Positions 10,990-22,188 are shown, counted from the first letter of the stretch. The stretch is 64,000 nt of DNA from Paramoeba atlantica (GCA_977017575.1 CDRNVI010000028.1:1-64000), one strand, 5' to 3'. Made by a program: numbers and translations. Notes: generated by a model from the sequence alone, not told the origin.

Positions 10990-11901
10990 CTACTCAACCA
11001 CTACGTGAACTCCTGTATTTGCGACTGAAAACTGCAAGTTCAGGTACCGAGAGGGTGCAATCTCGCCTGTGATTCTCTCATTGTCCGATACATCAAGCCA
11101 GCGCAACGTAAAGGGGAGACGTCGAAAGTCAACGACACCACAAAAGTCATTATTACGCAAAGACAACCCCAGGAGATTTTGCGGGAGCTGACTTAGAGAT
11201 ATCTCACCTGAAAGCAAGTTGTCCCGTAAACCAAGTTGTTTCATACTCTGAGGCAGAGAAGTCAAATCGACCGATCCCGTAAGATTATTGGAGGAAAGAT
11301 ACAACCCCTCCAGAGCTGGAGAAAGTCGCGTCAAACACACGCCTTCTGTAAACGAATTGTCGTAAATATCCAGTTCTGCCAGCTTCTGCGGGAGCGAGGT
11401 AAGATCCAATGCGCCCACAAATCGGTTCTCACTGAGGCAAATATAACGCAAGGATGAGGGCAAGTCGAGGAGATCGATTTCACCCGTCAGCGCGTTTCGC
11501 CCCACGTTGAACCGTTTCATCGTTTGCATGAAATGAGACAAATGGAGTGAGCCGTGGAGGTCGCGGCCTGTCCAGCGGATACGCGTGACGACGTCGCCCT
11601 GGCTGCAGCCGACACCGTCCCACTCGCAGGCTGGAGTTTTCGCATCCCATGTCTCGTGCGGATTTAAAATATCACGTACAAGACGTACGAGTTCATATTC
11701 TTGAGGTAAATTGGCCATGCTTACCTTTGCCCCACGCGATCGGGTGCTTGGAGGGATCTGTACGGTAGCATCGTCGGGAAGGGAAACGTTAAACTTTCGG
11801 CGCTTCTTCAAAGGAGACTCTGTGGGATCATGAGAAGAAAGCATTTTCAACTCAAGAAGAGCAAGGAAACCCATATGACAATTTTGTATTAGTAGCAACA
11901 A
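10990..11901 (-). CDS. LRR family protein
   Basis: AKVSMANLPQEYEL, cap, about 7 LRRs. Basic KKRRK (NLS-like) segment in the N-terminal extension. Confidence 0.9.
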   Translation of the reverse strand: MLLLIQNCHMGFLALLELKMLSSHDPTESPLKKRRKFNVSLPDDATVQIPPSTRSRGAKVSMANLPQEYELVRLVRDILNPHETWDAKTPACEWDGVGCSQGDVVTRIRWTGRDLHGSLHLSHFMQTMKRFNVGRNALTGEIDLLDLPSSLRYICLSENRFVGALDLTSLPQKLAELDIYDNSFTEGVCLTRLSPALEGLYLSSNNLTGSVDLTSLPQSMKQLGLRDNLLSGEISLSQLPQNLLGLSLRNNDFCGVVDFRRLPFTLRWLDVSDNERITGEIAPSRYLNLQFSVANTGVHVVVE

Positions 11902-12018
11902 TCAAATGCGTAACAGTAGAAAAAACGTATCGCAGGAAGTTTAGAAACGAACTGAATATGATTCGTTTATTAGAATAATAAATTCTAATGAATAATTTCA
12001 ACAAAGTAAGCGGAAACT

Positions 12019-12540
12019 TCAAGATAGCAGAAATATACTGTCATCAATATGTTGATGTAAGGTTTGACATTTTTCTAGCGATGAATCTAGTTCCAGGTAA
12101 CTAAGAAACGGTAGTGTAATCGTCAAAGCTGAATTATCCCTTGAGATAAAATGCATCCGACCCATCAACACAGTGTCATGCAGATTTTCCTCGACGACAT
12201 CGACTTCTGTAGAACGATAGATATACCGAGAATGATTCTTCATTTCCAAAGTACGCCGTAGCATGTCGTCATAAGAGCACAGCTTACACGAGTTAAAGAA
12301 TTTGACATCTGGTGTACACAGTTCCTCCATCTCTTTTCGAATTTCCATCCCCTTTTCGCTATCGTGCACGGCGATACTGTGTGATGCGCCTGAATCATTT
12401 TTCAGTAGTCCGTGTAATCGTCGACATATACGAAGTGCTTGCATAGTACTACAATCAAGCCGAAGGTTTCTAGAATATAGAAATAAAATAAAATAAAATG
12501 CGAAGACGATGCACCCCCATTCGAAAATGATGCAACACAC
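12019..12540 (-). CDS. Hypothetical protein
   Basis: 173-aa ORF on the gene-bearing strand. Plausible start MQALRICRRLH at 12444, resembling a short basic presequence. Confidence 0.45.
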   Translation of the reverse strand: MCCIIFEWGCIVFAFYFILFLYSRNLRLDCSTMQALRICRRLHGLLKNDSGASHSIAVHDSEKGMEIRKEMEELCTPDVKFFNSCKLCSYDDMLRRTLEMKNHSRYIYRSTEVDVVEENLHDTVLMGRMHFISRDNSALTITLPFLSYLELDSSLEKCQTLHQHIDDSIFLLS

Positions 12541-12752
12541 TTATATTTGTGTCCTTCAGCCGATTCAAGTCATTTAAAAGGCAGAATGGACGTACACCAT
12601 AGAGAATGTCGGAAAATTGTTTTATACTCGTGATTCTAAGCTTTATGAGCATAGTTTCAATTTTTGACTAACATGATGAAGTTTTTTTGAAGTCTTCCTC
12701 TTTTAACTCATTTTTTTTGACATGCCATTAGGTGACGTAATCCCTGTGACAC

Positions 12753-13514
12753 TTGGACTTCTTGATTCTGAATCGGAACAGAGTCGCGTTGCCTTTTCCG
12801 ACGTATCCTATGTCATCTAGTGACTTGGATACGAGCTCTGAACTTGCCCTCTCCGCAAGTGACGATCCCGACTGGGAGCCAAGCGATGAGTCAGGTTCCT
12901 CGATCTGTGAGGAGGAGTGGAGTGAGGAAGAGAGCATAGCCGCATACGCTTCCCTGAAAGGCGTTGAGCGTCACAAACAAGAAAATCGTGAGGACTTAGC
13001 CAAGCGTTTTTGCACGGATACAGAATCGTTACCAGTACCCAGAGATAATCCCCTAGTTTTAAAGGATGCGTTAGAAGCTAAAAATAACATGCAGTCGAAT
13101 ATTGCGGCTCCGGATTTGTTTGAATCAGATGTCGGTAACTCGCTACATGAACCGCTTGATTTCGCTGTTGAAGCAAACTTTTGTATTCTGCCCAATCTCT
13201 CTGTACGTCTGAGAATAGTTGAAGAAGAACTATTAGTCCACAAAAAAGAGCTTCTTAGTGTAAAACGAAAGTATTATTACCTTCTTCGCAAGTTCCACGA
13301 CTCCGAGAAGAAGCTCGGAGTTTATTCGGAGTTGTTGATCGGCCGCGGTTCGATCGACGCCTATAAGGGCGCCGACCCCGAATCCGCAGGGATTTGTAGA
13401 GTTTCCCACCGTCGTCTTTGTCTCGTGGGGAAAAAGTTGGGGAAAAAAAGGGAGATTCCACCAAATTCCCTTTTCAGTAGAGGAAGTCGCTCTCTGGAGC
13501 ATTCCACAGACTAG
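12753..13514 (+). CDS. Acidic/coiled-coil ORF, probably transposon-associated
   Basis: Opposite to the host strand. Its DDPDW...EEEWSEEE..AY block is homologous to ORF 42615..43001(-). Confidence 0.4.
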   Translation: MDFLILNRNRVALPFPTYPMSSSDLDTSSELALSASDDPDWEPSDESGSSICEEEWSEEESIAAYASLKGVERHKQENREDLAKRFCTDTESLPVPRDNPLVLKDALEAKNNMQSNIAAPDLFESDVGNSLHEPLDFAVEANFCILPNLSVRLRIVEEELLVHKKELLSVKRKYYYLLRKFHDSEKKLGVYSELLIGRGSIDAYKGADPESAGICRVSHRRLCLVGKKLGKKREIPPNSLFSRGSRSLEHSTD

Positions 13515-13959
13515 TATTATGATGGTAAGAGAACGCTTCCATCCGAAGATCACTCACTCTACTCAGGTATACGCCTGCCTTTATTATGCGCATCATTTTA
13601 TTCTTTTGCATGTTCGTGAGCATTCTCTTTCAGTGTACGACAGCTTTCGCGGTTACGCTACACATTCGGCCCAAAACAACATAGAAAAGTTCCGGCATAG
13701 TCTGTCGACCATGCTAAATTGCCATTCACCCAAAGTGCATTCCATCGTGTATGTGACTTGTATTTGAATATTCCACTGTATGCATGTTTTTAATCCTTTT
13801 AATAAGACGTGTCTTGTCTAAGGTCAATCAGTCCAGTATCTTATCCACCGTAAGCGCTTTCACACTCCTCACCACATCCCTTACCACATCCCACAACATC
13901 TTCGGCTTATTCTTGGGGTCCTGTTTTTGACCCCACCCCTCCTAGCGTTGCTTTTCACC

Positions 13960-14175
13960 AAAACCAGGCAACTCTAAATAGGGGGGATAGTATGTATGAT
14001 TAAAATAAGCACTAGAAATCGCTAAACAATCACAAATAATAAGCCACGATAAGAAAAAAAGTTTTTAGTAAAAAAAATAAGCGCCGCTCTGCGGCGCTTA
14101 TAGGCACGGAACCCAAAATTCAACTCTAAATAGGGGGGTTTGAGCGCTCAATAGTAAATAGGGGGGGGGACAGTA
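13960..14175. mobile_element. TA-type element right end with GC hairpin
   Basis: Repeated ctctaaatagggggg, terminus taaataggggggggggacag|TA, hairpin gcgccgc-tct-gcggcgc. Related termini at ~9622-9641 and 54692-54708. Confidence 0.55.
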
Positions 14176-14279
14176 CCTTTCCTCCCAAGGTTCAACTTTA
14201 GTACATCTCGAAAATCCAGCTTCCCCTATTATAGCCCTATTATTGTACTATCTTATTCCTTCCCGAAGTGAAAATAATA

Positions 14280-14975
14280 TCAAGAATAAATGCGTGGTTT
14301 ATACCCTGAATGCGTACCTTGAATAATAAATGAATTGCCATGTAAGATAATATCCATTCCGCAAGGCAAAATTGATACATCTAACTCTCCTTCAAAATTA
14401 TTGTTTTGTAGGTAGAGCATCCTAAAGGTAGAAGGTAGATTACGTAAAGATATCTCACCGGAGAACTTATTCTCGTGAAGCCACGCATTACGAATTTCTG
14501 GTGGAAAGTCCTGCAACACAAGGGTCCCGCTTAGTTCGTTGCGATATAAGGACAGAGTATCCAGGTTTCGCGGAACAGAGTTCAGAGGCAGTTCTCCGTA
14601 AAAGCGGCATTCACTACCGTATAAAATCTGCAAGGAATCAGGTAGCGCCGTGTACTCTATTGTCTGACTAAATTGGTTCTCAGAAATTTTGAGTGTTGTG
14701 AGCTGGTGTGGTAAGAAGCTCCATGAAAGTGCGCCTTTCAAGAACTTTGCTGTCCACGCAATTTCCTTGACTTGCCCCGATTGATCACAGGTGACTCCAA
14801 TCCATTTATCTATTGGAGTTGTCAGATTCCAATTGTACTCTGGGTGAGTCACATTTTGCAAAAGCATACAAAGCTGAAGTTCGGGAGAAAGCGTAATTTT
14901 GTTTATTCTACCAAGGCGTGAGACGGAAGATGAATCCGCAGATTCCCACGTGGGTAGCATGCTGGAAATAATCAT
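14280..14975 (-). CDS. LRR family protein
   Basis: ADSSSVSRLGRINKITLSPELQL, WIGVTC cap, about 6 LRRs. Confidence 0.85.
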   Translation of the reverse strand: MIISSMLPTWESADSSSVSRLGRINKITLSPELQLCMLLQNVTHPEYNWNLTTPIDKWIGVTCDQSGQVKEIAWTAKFLKGALSWSFLPHQLTTLKISENQFSQTIEYTALPDSLQILYGSECRFYGELPLNSVPRNLDTLSLYRNELSGTLVLQDFPPEIRNAWLHENKFSGEISLRNLPSTFRMLYLQNNNFEGELDVSILPCGMDIILHGNSFIIQGTHSGYKPRIYS

Positions 14976-15737
14976 ATCGGTAAAAAACCTGGAAACAAAA
15001 TTCTACCAAACTCGTTGACAACACGATAAAAACTCTAGAAAATTTGCTGTGCTATCTGTACTGCAGACTGAAATTAGCTAAAAAAATGTACTATCGGTAC
15101 TGTACTATTTGCGTTATAAGTTTATTTGAGGTACAATTATCCTATGATGCCCCTGGTACTCGAGGAGTTGTAGCATTTAGGCTTCCTATGTCAATGTTGT
15201 TGTGTATTCAGCTAGCATTTGGACGTGTTTTATTTCAATAGTTGAAGGGAGGGACAGTTGTACGGTGATGTGTGCACAGTTGCACAAATTAGAAATACAC
15301 ATATTTTTGAAAATTAAACTCTGTAAACTGTATATCAAGATAAACACGATTCCATTAACAATATCTGATTAATTTCGCATCCAATCAAAGTTGGATAGGT
15401 TCATAACTCTCCTTTTGTGATCTTCTGGGTCAAGATGATTTTGACTCTTCGGGGATAGCAATAGGAAAAAATGTTCTGTGTTGATTTGAGCTTGAGCCTG
15501 ATGAATACAGCTCGAATCGGACCAATAACTTCTAGCATAAAGATGCTTTCTCGATTTCTTCCTCGGTACGATAAGCCGCTGGCCAACTGCCAGACCTTAT
15601 CAATTTAACAACCTATTACCCTCAATTGACTGTGATATTACCCAGTAAAGGGATACTACCTACATGCATCTCCTAGATCACGAAAGTTGATATCCAAAGG
15701 AGGAAAAGCTACACATTTTTATTTTATACATACATTT

Positions 15738-16481
15738 CTATGAAGAGCGGGAAATCAACTCTGGAGGGACCCGCCCCCCTCTATCTGTTACCACTCCTTC
15801 TTCTTTTAGCCTGTGTCGAAAGCGACGCTCAAGGCAAGGTTGATCACATAAATTGTAAAGCGAGTGAAAAAGAAATGTGTTGCTTGTCGACATGGGGAAA
15901 AGACTTGTGACATGAGGCTCACAAGAACTCGAAGTCTCATGTATGCCCTGTTCGGATATGTCGTTTATCAGTAAGTTTTGTTCCACGATATTTTCAAGGG
16001 ATTCGGAGTCCTCTTTTTGCGGTGGAGATCTCGTGGGCTGCCAGCTTTTTAAAAATGCCTTGACGCGCATTTTAGCCAGTTCTTGGGCCTCTGAAGTAAA
16101 ATTACGCAAAAGCACGTTGAAACGATCCTCCAAGCGAAGAAGCATGGCGCGCAGTCGAGCGTGGTAATCTTGTTCCAGATTTTGTAGTAGATGGCTCGAG
16201 AGATTGTATGAACAAACGTCTTCGGCATCTGCATCCCTGTTATTCGCTGGGTCTTTCCATTCTAGAGGTTTGAAGTGATCTACATGTAACTTCTTTACCT
16301 TTTGCTGCATATGATTAAAGAGATTGCCAACGTGTTGTTTCGTAATAATTCTTTCACCTGCTTTTGTGACAGAGATATCATGTGATTCTGGAACTACTCT
16401 GTTGTACAACAGTCGAAAGGCTTCGACCTCAGCCTCAGAAGCAGGAAAACCCGAATCTGAGTTCGATGCCTCAGACAACAT
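15738..16481 (-). CDS. Hypothetical protein
   Basis: 247-aa ORF on the gene-bearing strand with a helical mid-section. No motif recognised. Confidence 0.5.
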   Translation of the reverse strand: MLSEASNSDSGFPASEAEVEAFRLLYNRVVPESHDISVTKAGERIITKQHVGNLFNHMQQKVKKLHVDHFKPLEWKDPANNRDADAEDVCSYNLSSHLLQNLEQDYHARLRAMLLRLEDRFNVLLRNFTSEAQELAKMRVKAFLKSWQPTRSPPQKEDSESLENIVEQNLLINDISEQGIHETSSSCEPHVTSLFPMSTSNTFLFHSLYNLCDQPCLERRFRHRLKEEGVVTDRGGRVPPELISRSS

Positions 16482-16674
16482 TGCTGCAACGATAAAGTAT
16501 CTAATACCCTAATACCTAAAAATTATAATCCAACGAAATTTAAAATCTTCCTATAGCTACACATTACATCTCCAACTCCCCTTGGATAAGAAGCAAGTAA
16601 AGTTTATAAGAAAGCTAAAACCCAACCCATCCATTTATACCCATTGAACGGGAGGGATTATAAGATACTCTCCC

Positions 16675-16770
16675 TCACACATCCACATTCTCACGCCTCC
16701 CCACATACCACCATAGAGGTGGGGGCGGGGTACCGTAACGCCGGGGGGGAGGGATAACAGAGAGATTACA
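16675..16770 (-). pseudogene. Orphan C-terminal fragment paralogous to the 26456-27262 gene
   Basis: Reads SLCYPSPRRYGTPPPPLWWYVGRRENVDV* versus PLSYPARHYGTPPPPWRYVGRSEDVDV*. Confidence 0.8.
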
Positions 16771-16843
16771 CCTTAAACGGATTAAAGGGTATTCACCTCA
16801 TTTCTAGGATATACATACAGGATGTACATATGGGATGTACATA

Positions 16844-17410
16844 CAGGGGTGGGCACGAAAATGTGGGGGGGGTCAAAATTTCTATAACTTGGCCAATTTT
16901 GGAAAGTAGCACCGCATTCGAGAGCTCTCGCAGAGTTACGTGTCATGTGATAATGCGTTTCCCGCATGTTTTAATTTTTTAAAAAAATACAAAAACTTTT
17001 GACTTTTCAAAGTGCAAAATTCTGCAGTTAGGCCACTTTTTCGCTTTTTCCGTCCTCCTTTTTATTGGACGGGTCAGAAAAGAGCATTTTCAAATGACAG
17101 AAAGGTACAGAAACGTGACATGGGCTGTTACAGTTATTGTGGACAAATAAAAGCCTCTCATAGTATCTTCTAAGTAAAGAAATATGGGGAATCTGATTCT
17201 TTTTCCGGTGCCGCACGCCAAGCAGGTTGTCATGAGAAAATCGGAGGGAATTACATGTTGCACTACATTCAGACATTGAATTATTAAAGGGAGAACAACA
17301 TGGCGTGTTCTTAAGTGCTTTACAGAGCATGCCTAGGTGAATTATGATTGTACTTGAAAACAAATGAGGATCCTTGCGGATATTATTCATTTGACCCCCC
17401 CCCCACATTT
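16844..17410. mobile_element. Tc1/mariner-type MITE whose right TIR is cut by the tandem array
   Basis: TA|caggggtgggcacgaaaatgtgggggggtcaa on the left and ttgaccccccccccacattt on the right (17391-17410). The TIR resembles that of the 39100-39834 element. Confidence 0.65.
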
Positions 17411-17413
17411 CCT

Positions 17414-20187
17414 TACCACCGCCCCAGCATTCGTGCTGGGAGGCCCATGGGCTCCGTGTCCTTCGGGGCACACTTGCCGTTGCATTTATACATCCTCTGT
17501 AACGAGGCCCATGGGCTCCGTACCCTTCGGGGCACACTTGCCGTTGCATTTATATATTCATCCTCTGTAACGAGGCCCATGGGCTCCGTACCCTTCGGGG
17601 TACCACCGCCCCAGCATTCGTGCTGGGAGGCCCATGGGCTCCGTGTCCTTCGGGACACACTTGCCGTTGCATTTATATATTCATCCTCTGTAACGAGGCC
17701 CATGGGCTCCGTACCCTTCGGGGTACCACCGCCCCAGCATTCGTGCTGGGAGGCCCATGGGCTCCGTGTCCTTCGGGACACACTTGCCGTTGCATTTATA
17801 TATTCATCCTCTGTAACGAGGCCCATGGGCTCCGTACCCTTCGGGGCACACTTGCCGTTGCATTTATATATTCATCCTCTGTAACGAGGCCCATGGGCTC
17901 CGTACCCTTCGGGGTACCACCGCCCCAGCATTCGTGCTGGGAGGCCCATGGGCTCCGTGTCCTTCGGGACACACTTGCCGTTGCATTTATATATTCATCC
18001 TCTGTAACGAGGCCCATGGGCTCCGTACCCTTCGGGATACCACCGCCCAAGCATTCGTGCTGGGAGGCCCATGGGCTCCGTGTCCTTCGGGACACACTTG
18101 CCGTTGCATTTATATATTCATCCTCTGTAACGAGGCCCATGGGCTCCGTACCCTTCGGGGCACACTTGCCGTTGCATTTATATATTCATCCTCTGTAACG
18201 AGGCCCATGGGCTCCGTACCCTTCGGGGTACCACCGCCCCAGCATTCGTGCTGGGAGGCCCATGGGCTCCGTGTCCTTCGGGACACACTTGCCGTTGCAT
18301 TTATATATTCATCCTCTGTAACGAGGCCCATGGGCTCCGTACCCTTCGGGGTACCACCGCCCCAGCATTCGTGCTGGGAGGCCCATGGGCTCCGTGTCCT
18401 TCGGGACACACTTGCCGTTGCATTTATATATTCATCCTCTGTAACGAGGCCCATGGGCTCCGTACCCTTCGGGGCACACTTGCCGTTGCATTTATATATT
18501 CATCCTCTGTAACGAGGCCCATGGGCTCCGTACCCTTCGGGGTACCACCGCCCCAGCATTCGTGCTGGGAGGCCCATGGGCTCCGTGTCCTTCGGGACAC
18601 ACTTGCCGTTGCATTTATATATTCATCCTCTGTAACGAGGCCCATGGGCTCCGTACCCTTCGGGATACCACCGCCCAAGCATTCGTGCTGGGAGGCCCAT
18701 GGGCTCCGTGTCCTTCGGGGCACACTTGCCGTTGCATTTATATATTCATCCTCTGTAACGAGGCCCATGGGCTCCGTACCCTTCGGGGCACACTTGCCGT
18801 TGCATTTATATATTCATCCTCTGTAACGAGGCCCATGGGCTCCGTACCCTTCGGGGTACCACCGCCCCAGCATTCGTGCTGGGAGGCCCATGGGCTCCGT
18901 GTCCTTCGGGACACACTTGCCGTTGCATTTATATATTCATCCTCTGTAACGAGGCCCATGGGCTCCGTACCCTTCGGGATACCACCGCCCAAGCATTCGT
19001 GCTGGGAGGCCCATGGGCTCCGTGTCCTTCGGGACACACTTGCCGTTGCATTTATATATTCATCCTCTGTAACGAGGCCCATGGGCTCCGTACCCTTCGG
19101 GGTACCACCGCCCCAGCATTCGTGCTGGGAGGCCCATGGGCTCCGTGTCCTTCGGGACACACTTGCCGTTGCATTTATATATTCATCCTCTGTAACGAGG
19201 CCCATGGGCTCCGTACCCTTCGGGGCACACTTGCCGTTGCATTTATATATTCATCCTCTGTAACGAGGCCCATGGGCTCCGTACCCTTCGGGGTACCACC
19301 GCCCCAGCATTCGTGCTGGGAGGCCCATGGGCTCCGTGTCCTTCGGGACACACTTGCCGTTGCATTTATATATTCATCCTCTGTAACGAGGCCCATGGGC
19401 TCCGTACCCTTCGGGATACCACCGCCCAAGCATTCGTGCTGGGAGGCCCATGGGCTCCGTGTCCTTAGGGACACACTTGCCGTTGCATTTATATATTCAT
19501 CCTCTGTAACGAGGCCCATGGGCTCCGTACCCTTCGGGGCACACTTGCCGTTGCATTTATATATTCATCCTCTGTAACGAGGCCCATGGGCTCCGTACCC
19601 TTCGGGGTACCACCGCCCCAGCATTCGTGCTGGGAGGCCCATGGGCTCCGTGTCCTTCGGGACACACTTGCCGTTGCATTTATATATTCATCCTCTGTAA
19701 CGAGGCCCATGGGCTCCGTACCCTTCGGGGTACCACCGCCCCAGCATTCGTGCTGGGAGGCCCATGGGCTCCGTGTCCTTCGGGACACACTTGCCGTTGC
19801 ATTTATATATTCATCCTCTGTAACGAGGCCCATGGGCTCCGTACCCTTCGGGGTACCACCGCCCCAGCATTCGTGCTGGGAGGCCCATGGGCTCCGTGTC
19901 CTTCGGGACACACTTGCCGTTGCATTTATATATTCATCCTCTGTAATGAGGCCCATGGGCTCCGTACCCTTCGGGGTACCACCGCCCCAGCATTCGTGCT
20001 GGGAGGCCCATGGGCTCCGTGTCCTTCGGGACACACTTGCCGTTGCATTTATATATTCATCCTCTGTAACGAGGCCCATGGGCTCCGTACCCTTCGGGGT
20101 ACCACCGCCCCAGCATTCGTGCTGGGAGGCCCATGGGCTCCGTGTCCTTCGGGACACACTTGCCGTTCCATTTGCGCTATACATCCT
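17414..20187. repeat. Modular hairpin tandem array with higher-order structure (55/68-bp units, 123- and 314-bp periods)
   Basis: 44 copies of aggcccatgggctccgt, each followed by tail Y (55-bp unit, 18 full copies), X (68 bp, 19) or hybrid Z (68 bp, 7). Mostly ordered (YXYXZ)n, then (YX)5. Confidence 0.97.
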
Positions 20188-20325
20188 CCTCTTCAGCATG
20201 TTTTTTTAATGAAGTGAAAACAGAATAAAAACAGAAGGGAGAGGGTGGGAAGTTGTGACGTGCTATGGCATGCCTGGGACCTAGGGCTTGGTCCCGGTAA
20301 CATGGTGCTTACGAAGGAGTGATAA

Positions 20326-21949
20326 TGAGGGAGTTGCTATGCCCTGTCCATGGTATCATGTTCAGGGGAACAGCAACTCCCCATTATCTCGGCGTAGTAA
20401 ACTCGCCTTGGATTGCCTGGCACTACGATTGCCGAAAAAAAAAATAGTTCCTTAATCCTCACTTGAGGCATGGTAACGGGAGTCCTCCCCCCTAAGAAGA
20501 TTTGAAGTTGAAAAATATGGAGTGTTCGGGGGAGAGAAAACAAAGGGGGGGGGAGTATTGTTGGTGCGTTATAGATCCTCCCATATGGAAGTGTCGAGGC
20601 ACACACCGGTCGTCTCGGGTTGACGCTCGGAATACGGCTTTTCAGGATATCTCGCCTAGTAGGAATATTGAATCAGAAATTCAGACCGACGATAGTGAAC
20701 GCGTAAGTGCTTATTCGGTGGAGAAAAAAAAAGAAAACTAGAAAAAAAAAGCAAACGGTTGCTTTTCTTGATGCATTTATACCCGAATTCTTTGTTAACG
20801 AAGATTCATCATAAATACTGAAGGAACAACTTGGATTCTTTACATCAACACACCTAAACAATGGTTTACCATGGGGTATCAAATGTTGCACGGCATTGAA
20901 AAGTACCCAAAATTTTATTGAATAGATAAATTGTCCCCCTTTTCACGGGAAAATAAGGAAACTATCCTCCGGGGTTTGGTTACAACATTTAGTAGAACTC
21001 GTGGAATGCGGGGTGCTACGTGTGGCACACGACTCTCGATCATCATCACGTTTATATTTACGTTACTTTGAGGCATCAAAAGGGGAGGAATTGTCAAGAA
21101 GTATTGCGGATGGAACACCACCAAATGAGATGTGCAATCGCCCTCCTTGCTTGAATTTTCCAGCTATCGCTGAAATTATCCATGTAATAGAGAATTTCCC
21201 CAACGTAAACTTTTATCCGTTGATATGCGACACTGGTTTCACCAGAGTGAAATACCATCAGAATCGGGGAGTACATCAGTTAGGAGATCGATGTGTAATG
21301 AGATCACGGAAATGGATGAACAGATAGGGAAACATGGACATTCTTTTCGAATTTTCCATATTAAATCTAAAGAAAACCCAGCGGACGGGTTGACTCGAGA
21401 AGAGCATAATTATGACAGAAAAGAAGCACTCCTGAACTCAGCTCTAAGAGCTGGCGATGTACATGTAGACCCTATGTAAGAATTATAGAAAGCGTAACTG
21501 GAGGAAACAAACACACGAATCTAGAGTAATTAGTAAAATTTATGAGTGGATAGCATGAGGAATGGCAAAGAAAGTAAATCCCCCCCAAAAGAAAAAACGT
21601 TAACCAAAGGTTTACGCCAACCCTTTGTTCTATTGCACTCAAAGTTTTCTACTCCATTATGCAGTAAAATCTCCTTCGTATTTCTTCTTCCGAAAATTTT
21701 CTACAAATGCACCCTGGTTTCACACCCCAGCCTTCTCGACGCATGAGTAAAACCGTGCTGCCGGGGAGATCACTCGGTTGTGGGAGCGGGCCCCTTAAGT
21801 GGGAAGCAACTTGGTGCGAAATGAACCGAAAATATTTTTTTTTCGGCAATCGTAGTGCCAGGCAAGCCAAGGCGTGTTTACTACGCCGAGATAATGGGGA
21901 GCTGTTCCCCTGAACATGATACCATGGACAGGGCATAGCAACTCCCTCA
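20326..21949 (+). mobile_element. Internally deleted DIRS-like (tyrosine-recombinase) retroelement with ~120-bp inverted terminal repeats
   Basis: 20326-20446 and 21833-21949 are inverted and highly similar. Internal remnants: LVECGVLR...RSIADGTPPNEMCNRPP.LNFPAIAEII (RT N-terminus-like) and GSTS...FRIFHIKSKENPADGLTR (RNase H C-terminal motif). Confidence 0.65.
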
Positions 21950-22188
21950 ATTAGTGTGAGGAGAATACAGGAAAAATACTCAAACTTTTTGCAAGATAAG
22001 ATATACTGCCTTTACAAACGGTGAAAATTCATAAAAATGAGAAAAGTTCGACCAACAAAAAGCTCTGTAGAAAGCCCTTTTTACAGGAAAATGTACGACT
22101 TTTTCTTCAAAAAATAATTGGTATGGACTAATAAGGACTTTGCGTGGAACAGCATGCGATAAGGGATTAATTTTACTAGAATGAGACC

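Noticed and set aside
17414-20187. CRISPR array (constant 17-bp repeat with intervening segments)
   Set aside because: The intervening segments are only three recurring types, not unique spacers. No cas genes, and the context is eukaryotic.
17414-20187. Hammerhead, HDV-like or C/D snoRNA identity for the array unit
   Set aside because: No CTGANGA/GAAA core on either strand. An HDV-like P3/L3 (GGG-CTCCGTA-CCC) can be drawn but P1 and P2 partners are missing. AGGATGA has no CTGA D box. Assessed by eye only.
17348-20217. Repeat proteins predicted on both strands of the array
   Set aside because: The 68-bp Z unit and the 314-bp period shift frame each cycle. ORFs appear in several frames on both strands.
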